Of a stretch of DNA of 64,000 bases, positions 59,733 through 64,000 are shown one piece after another (the stretch's first letter is position 1; the number at the start of each line of letters is the position of its first letter). The position numbers and the translations under genes were made by a program. The DNA is taken from the NCBI RefSeq assembly GCF_032444005.1, contig NC_091283.1:627998001-628062000 (forward strand). Reading direction: 5' to 3'. The notes beneath the pieces are model-generated. The model made no database searches. It had not been told where the DNA came from and saw only the letters and a list, made by a program, of their open reading frames with translations. Source of the DNA: Ranitomeya imitator (Eukaryota).

Positions 59733-59996
59733 CAATGCTGTATCAGACAGCAGCACGCAGTATCCTGTGTGCAACCATATATATCCACAAAGACATGTAG
59801 CTGTATACACAGAGAATCGGAGCCAGAGAGAGAAAAGTGCTAGAGCTGGTCATACTAAGGCACAAAAGTCCCATGTACAGGAGCCACGTTACACGCGAAA
59901 CCAGGAATTCACATTCTCACACTGTGGTTGGTCTTTCATGAACAAATGTAGTTATGGGAACAATAATGCGTGTGCAAAAAAAAAGTCACTTACATA

Positions 59997-60205
59997 CAGT
60001 GCCTTAAAAAAGTATTCATTCCCCGTGAAGTTTTCAATATTTTTTTCAAGTTACACTCGCAAATTTAAATGTATTTTATTGGGATTTTATGCTCTTTACC
60101 AACACAAAGTAGTAAGCATTTGTGAAGTGCATGAGAAAGGATATATGGTTTTCTAATTATTTTAACAATATACAGTTAGGTCCATATATATTTGGACAAA
60201 GAAAT
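59997..60205 (+). mobile_element. Two truncated Tc1/mariner left termini
   Basis: TA|CAGTGCCTTAAAAAAGTATTC at 59997 and TA|CAGTTAGGTCCATATATATTTGG at 60173. Confidence 0.65.
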
Positions 60206-60213
60206 TCACGAAT

Positions 60214-61785
60214 TACTGGTTTTTGGTCATTCTGCCTAACAAAAATCGGAATAAAAAGCGATCAAAAAATGTCACGTGCCCGAAAATGGTACCAATAAAA
60301 ACGTCAACTCGTCCTGCAAAAAACAAGATCTCACATGACTCTGTGGACCAAAATATGGAAACATTATAGCTCTCAGAATTTGGAGACGCAAAAAATATTT
60401 TTTGCAATAAAAAGCATCTTTTAATGTGCGACAGATGCCAATCATAAAAATCCACTATAAATAGTAAATCAAACCCCCCTTCATCACCCCCTTAGTTAGG
60501 GAAAAATAATAAAATAAAAAAATGTATTTATTTCCATTTTCCCATTAGGGATAGGGTTGAGGCTAAAGTTAGGGATGGGGTTTGGATTACGTTTACAGTT
60601 GGGTTAGGGGTGTGTTGGGGTTAGGGGTGTGGTTAGGGTTGGAGTTAGAATTGGGGGGTTTCCACTGTTTAGGGACATCAGGGGCTTTGCAAATGCAACA
60701 TGACGTCCGATCTCAATTCTAGCCAATTCTGTGTTGAAAAAGTAAAACGGTGATCATTCCCTTCGGAGCTCTGCCATGCGCCCAAACAGTGGTTTACCCC
60801 CACATATGGGGTATCAGCGCAGTCAGGACAAGTTGGACAACAACTTTTGGGGTACAATTTCTCCTCTTACACTCGGGAAAATACAAAACTGGGGGCTAAA
60901 AAATAATTTTTTGGGGAAAGTTTTTATTCCAAAATTGTGCTGATGTAAAGTAGTCATGTGGGAAATGTTACTTATTAAGTATTTTCTGCGACATATCTCT
61001 GTGATTTAAGGGCATGAAAATTTAAAGTTGGAAAATAGTGAAATTTTCAAAATGTTTGCCAAATTTCTGTTTTTTTCCCAGAAATAAACGCAAGTAATGT
61101 CAAGGAAATTTTACCACTATCATAAAGTACAATATGTCACGAGAAAACAATGTCAGAATCACTAGGATCCGTTGAAGCGTTCCAGAGTTATAACCTCATA
61201 AAGGGACAGTGGTCAGAATTGTAAAAATTGGCCCGGTCATTAACGCCTTGGGGGTTAAAGAGAACCTGTCACCCCCCCCAAATCCAAGATGAGCTAAGCC
61301 CACCGGCATCAGGGGCTTATCTACAGCATTCTGTAATGCTGTAGATAAGCTCCCGATGTTACCTGAAAGATGAGAAAAAGAGGTTAGATTATACTCACCC
61401 AGGGGCGGTCCCGCTGTGGTCCGTGTCCGATGAGCGTCCGGTCCGGAGCCTCCCATCTTCTTAAGATCACGCCCTCTTGTCTTCATGATGCAGCCGCGAT
61501 TCCGGCGCAGGCGTACTTTATCTCCCTGTTGAGGGCAGACAAAGTACGCCTGCGCCGGAGCATGAAGACAAGAAGAGGACGTGATCGTAAAAAGATGGGA
61601 GGCCCCGGACCGCGACGCCCATCGGATCGGACCGCCTGCGTGAGTATAATCTAACCTCTTTTTCTCATCTTTCAGGTTAAATCAGGGGCTTATCTACAGC
61701 ATTCCAGAATGCTGTAGATAAGCCCCTGATGCCGGTGGGCTTAGCTCACCTTCCATTTTGGGGGTGATAGGTTCCCTTTAAGGGG
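60214..61785. mobile_element. Truncated, inverted copy of the piggyBac-like family, with a TTAGGG-like tract and a MITE in its terminus
   Basis: Reverse-complement similarity to 48132-48500 and 49600-49850; TTAGGG-like tract ~60540-60655; ends TTAAGGGG|TTAA. Confidence 0.75.
61259..61777. mobile_element. Kolobok/T2-type near-palindromic MITE (519 bp)
   Basis: TTAA TSD (61255-61258, 61778-61781); TIR AG(A/G)GAACCT(G/A)TCACCCCC with arms of >200 bp. Confidence 0.9.
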
Positions 61786-61789
61786 TTAA

Positions 61790-61950
61790 TGGTTGTCTGA
61801 GGAATGTTCTGCTGCACTGAATGAATTTTGGCACATCATCAAGATCCGCTGCTGGCAGCTTCCTCTGCAATTGCTGACTAATGATGTCCCATATGTGCTT
61901 GATGGGAGACAAGTCTGGAGACGCTGCAGGCCATGGTGGCACCTATAGGC
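61790..61950 (-). mobile_element. Tc1 transposase C-terminal fragment
   Basis: Minus strand reads PWPAASPDLSPIKHIWDII. Confidence 0.75.
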
Positions 61951-62146
61951 TGCTCACAGTACTAGGACCAACATGCGCCTGACCTCGTGGTGCTGACAGA
62001 GCCCCCGGGACACTTTGGACCTATGTATAACCATGAGACATGGCAGCCGACCTCTGTATGGACACAAGTCCCATCAGGAAGCGTCTGACAGGATGGACGG
62101 CAGCGCTATACAGGCGGCACCTCACACAAGGAATGAGTAGTGAGAT

Positions 62147-62161
62147 AGCGCCATCTAGCGG
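62147..62161 (-). promoter_or_regulatory. CTCF-like motif CCGCTAGATGGCGCT
   Basis: Close match to the CTCF core consensus; motif only. Confidence 0.4.
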
Positions 62162-62249
62162 GACACAGTCACTGTGCAGCAGCATCATGACAGCGCATCT
62201 GTGCAGCACCTACGTCACATATACCGGAAAATCTGCACTATCCCTGCAC

Positions 62250-62960
62250 GTCACGGCCGGGGGGAGGGGCACAACTGTCAGCCTTGGGGTCGAGGTTGTG
62301 CTGGGACTTGTGGTGATCCGGGGGCAGCTCATGGCCTGTAGGGCTTTTTCCCCTGCTCACAGCTGGCTGTTTGCTACAGCAGCACCATGTCCGGCCAGTC
62401 TGCTGCCATGTGCCTGTACGCGGCTCATTGTCTCAGAGACGCCAAAGTTTGGCCCAGATGCAGCAGCTGAGGTGAGGTGGGTGTCAGCCCCGGGGGGCAC
62501 AGAACACCGGCTCACTGCCCACCACACTGCCCACAGCCAGGACACCGGGCGGCCGGAGCCTCCAGCAGGCACCTGCCCCAGCCCCAAACCACCTGTCAAT
62601 CACAACTCCGCCCCTTCGTCTTCCTCATGACATCACGGCAGCAGTGACGTAACAGCTCGCATAACAGGGGCGTCCGCGGTGACCGAGCGCTGCCGGGGGA
62701 TCACGTGACGCGGCTCCGGGATCGATGACCCCTCACTTCGGTCCTCGGCGCTGGATCCTTGGTAGATGCCTGAGCACAGGGGGTTAAAGGACCTTTGTTG
62801 ATGTCATGGCCATGTGATCAGTCACATGTGGGGGAGGAGTCAGGCGCTGGGCTGTTCTGGGTAGGGGAAGCGCAGACCTGTGTGCCGGGGAGCAGGGGGC
62901 TGAGGCACAAAGTAGGGGGCTGTCTGCTCCGCACATAGCACTTAAAGGGGTAGTCACAAA
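62250..62960 (-). promoter_or_regulatory. Probable MAFG CpG-island promoter with a non-coding first exon (boundaries uncertain)
   Basis: GC/CpG-rich; GC box 62606-62614; TGACATCA 62628-62635; TGACGTAA 62645-62652; E-box CACGTG 62702-62707; candidate donors GCA|GTGAGC (62515) and GAA|GTGAGG (62736). Confidence 0.55.
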
Positions 62961-63639
62961 TGGGACCTAACACTTAAAGGGGTATTCCCAGAATTCACAA
63001 ATAGGACCATTTAAAGGGGTATTCTTAAATAGGATCTAACACTTAAAGGGTATGTCCAGAATTGAAAGTTGTCTATAGCCAAGGTACTGATCACTGCCCC
63101 CCAGCAGATCTGAGAGTGTGGAAGGCAAACATTGGTGCCCCCCACTCCAGTAAGGCCAGGTCCTGCAGAGCCCGCTTCCCAGGGACCCCCAGTGATCTCC
63201 ATATCCCGTGGGGAGACAAATAGGAACAGTGGCAGGAGGAGGCCCAGAGAAGCGCCATGGGGCAGCGCCAGTAACAAACCTGCCTCACCCGGGCAGGAGG
63301 TAACACACAGGCCCTGGTCCGATTCACACCACAATATTGGCAGAAAACCATAAATATTTGTGCAACATAAAATTGTGCGAAACCGTTGTGATTTCTGGAG
63401 CGGTCACTTTTCGGCAGATGGGGATGAGTCGTGGCTGCGCGATGTCGGCATCGGTATCACCAGAAATGTTACTCCAGTCCCCGACTGTCCCGGCTGAGAA
63501 CAAGCAGGTACCCACAGGACGCCGACACCCCACGCCCGTCGGCACGTCCTCTCCGCTACTGAATGCTCCTTGTCACAGAAGAACAGGAATTCTTGGTTTC
63601 CTCCTAACTCATCGGCCCCGACACTTTGTTTGAATGTGA

Positions 63640-64000
63640 CCTGGTTAATTATAACGGACCCCCCTGATCTACTGCTGATCTCTGACACCAATATGGTATT
63701 AGCTCTTCGATGACTGCACTAGCCCAAGGATTTTGGCCCACTCCTCCATCCAGATCTTCTAGGTTTTGGGGCTGTCACAGGGAAATATTGAGTTTCTGCT
63801 CCCACCAAAGATTTTCTATTGGGTTCAGGTCTGGAGACTGATTAGGCCACACCAGTACCGTGACATGCTTCATACGCAGCCACATCTTAGTTGCCCGGGC
63901 TGTGTGTTTCAGGTCATTATGCTGGAAGACCCAGTTATGACCCATCTTCAATGCTCTTACTGAGGGAAAGAGGTTGTTGGCCAAAATCTTGTGATACATG
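63640..64000 (-). mobile_element. Tc1 transposase fragment (runs off the window end)
   Basis: [17 protein letters not shown]...[15 protein letters not shown] in ORF 63775..63999. Confidence 0.85.

Overview
Vertebrate genomic DNA, most likely from a frog (inferred from intron/exon structure, protein divergence and the CR1, L2, Kolobok/T2, Harbinger, piggyBac and hAT repeat content; the species cannot be determined). Three minus-strand genes can be rebuilt exon by exon with GT-AG junctions, in the same order as the human PCYT2-SIRT7-MAFG cluster: PCYT2 (13 coding exons, 5139-15882, 382 aa), SIRT7 (10 coding exons, 16158-28022, 391 aa) and MAFG (2 coding exons, 57593-59477, 163 aa, with a GC-rich promoter near 62.3-62.9 kb). 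The rest is dense, often nested, transposon and tandem-repeat sequence. Most notable: (1) a perfect palindromic Maf recognition element just upstream of MAFG's first coding exon; (2) SIRT7's poly(A) signals sit about 80 bp from PCYT2 promoter motifs, and exon phases allow an in-frame SIRT7-PCYT2 read-through fusion; (3) a Penelope-type minimal hammerhead ribozyme motif with a U3:A8 core; (4) a young CR1 inserted antisense inside another CR1, giving a chimeric 928-codon RT ORF and a double inverted repeat; (5) an unclassified, nearly identical 426-bp tandem array in a four-level nested insertion; (6) non-autonomous piggyBac-like elements carrying telomere-like arrays. All coordinates were counted by eye. 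No database search was run.
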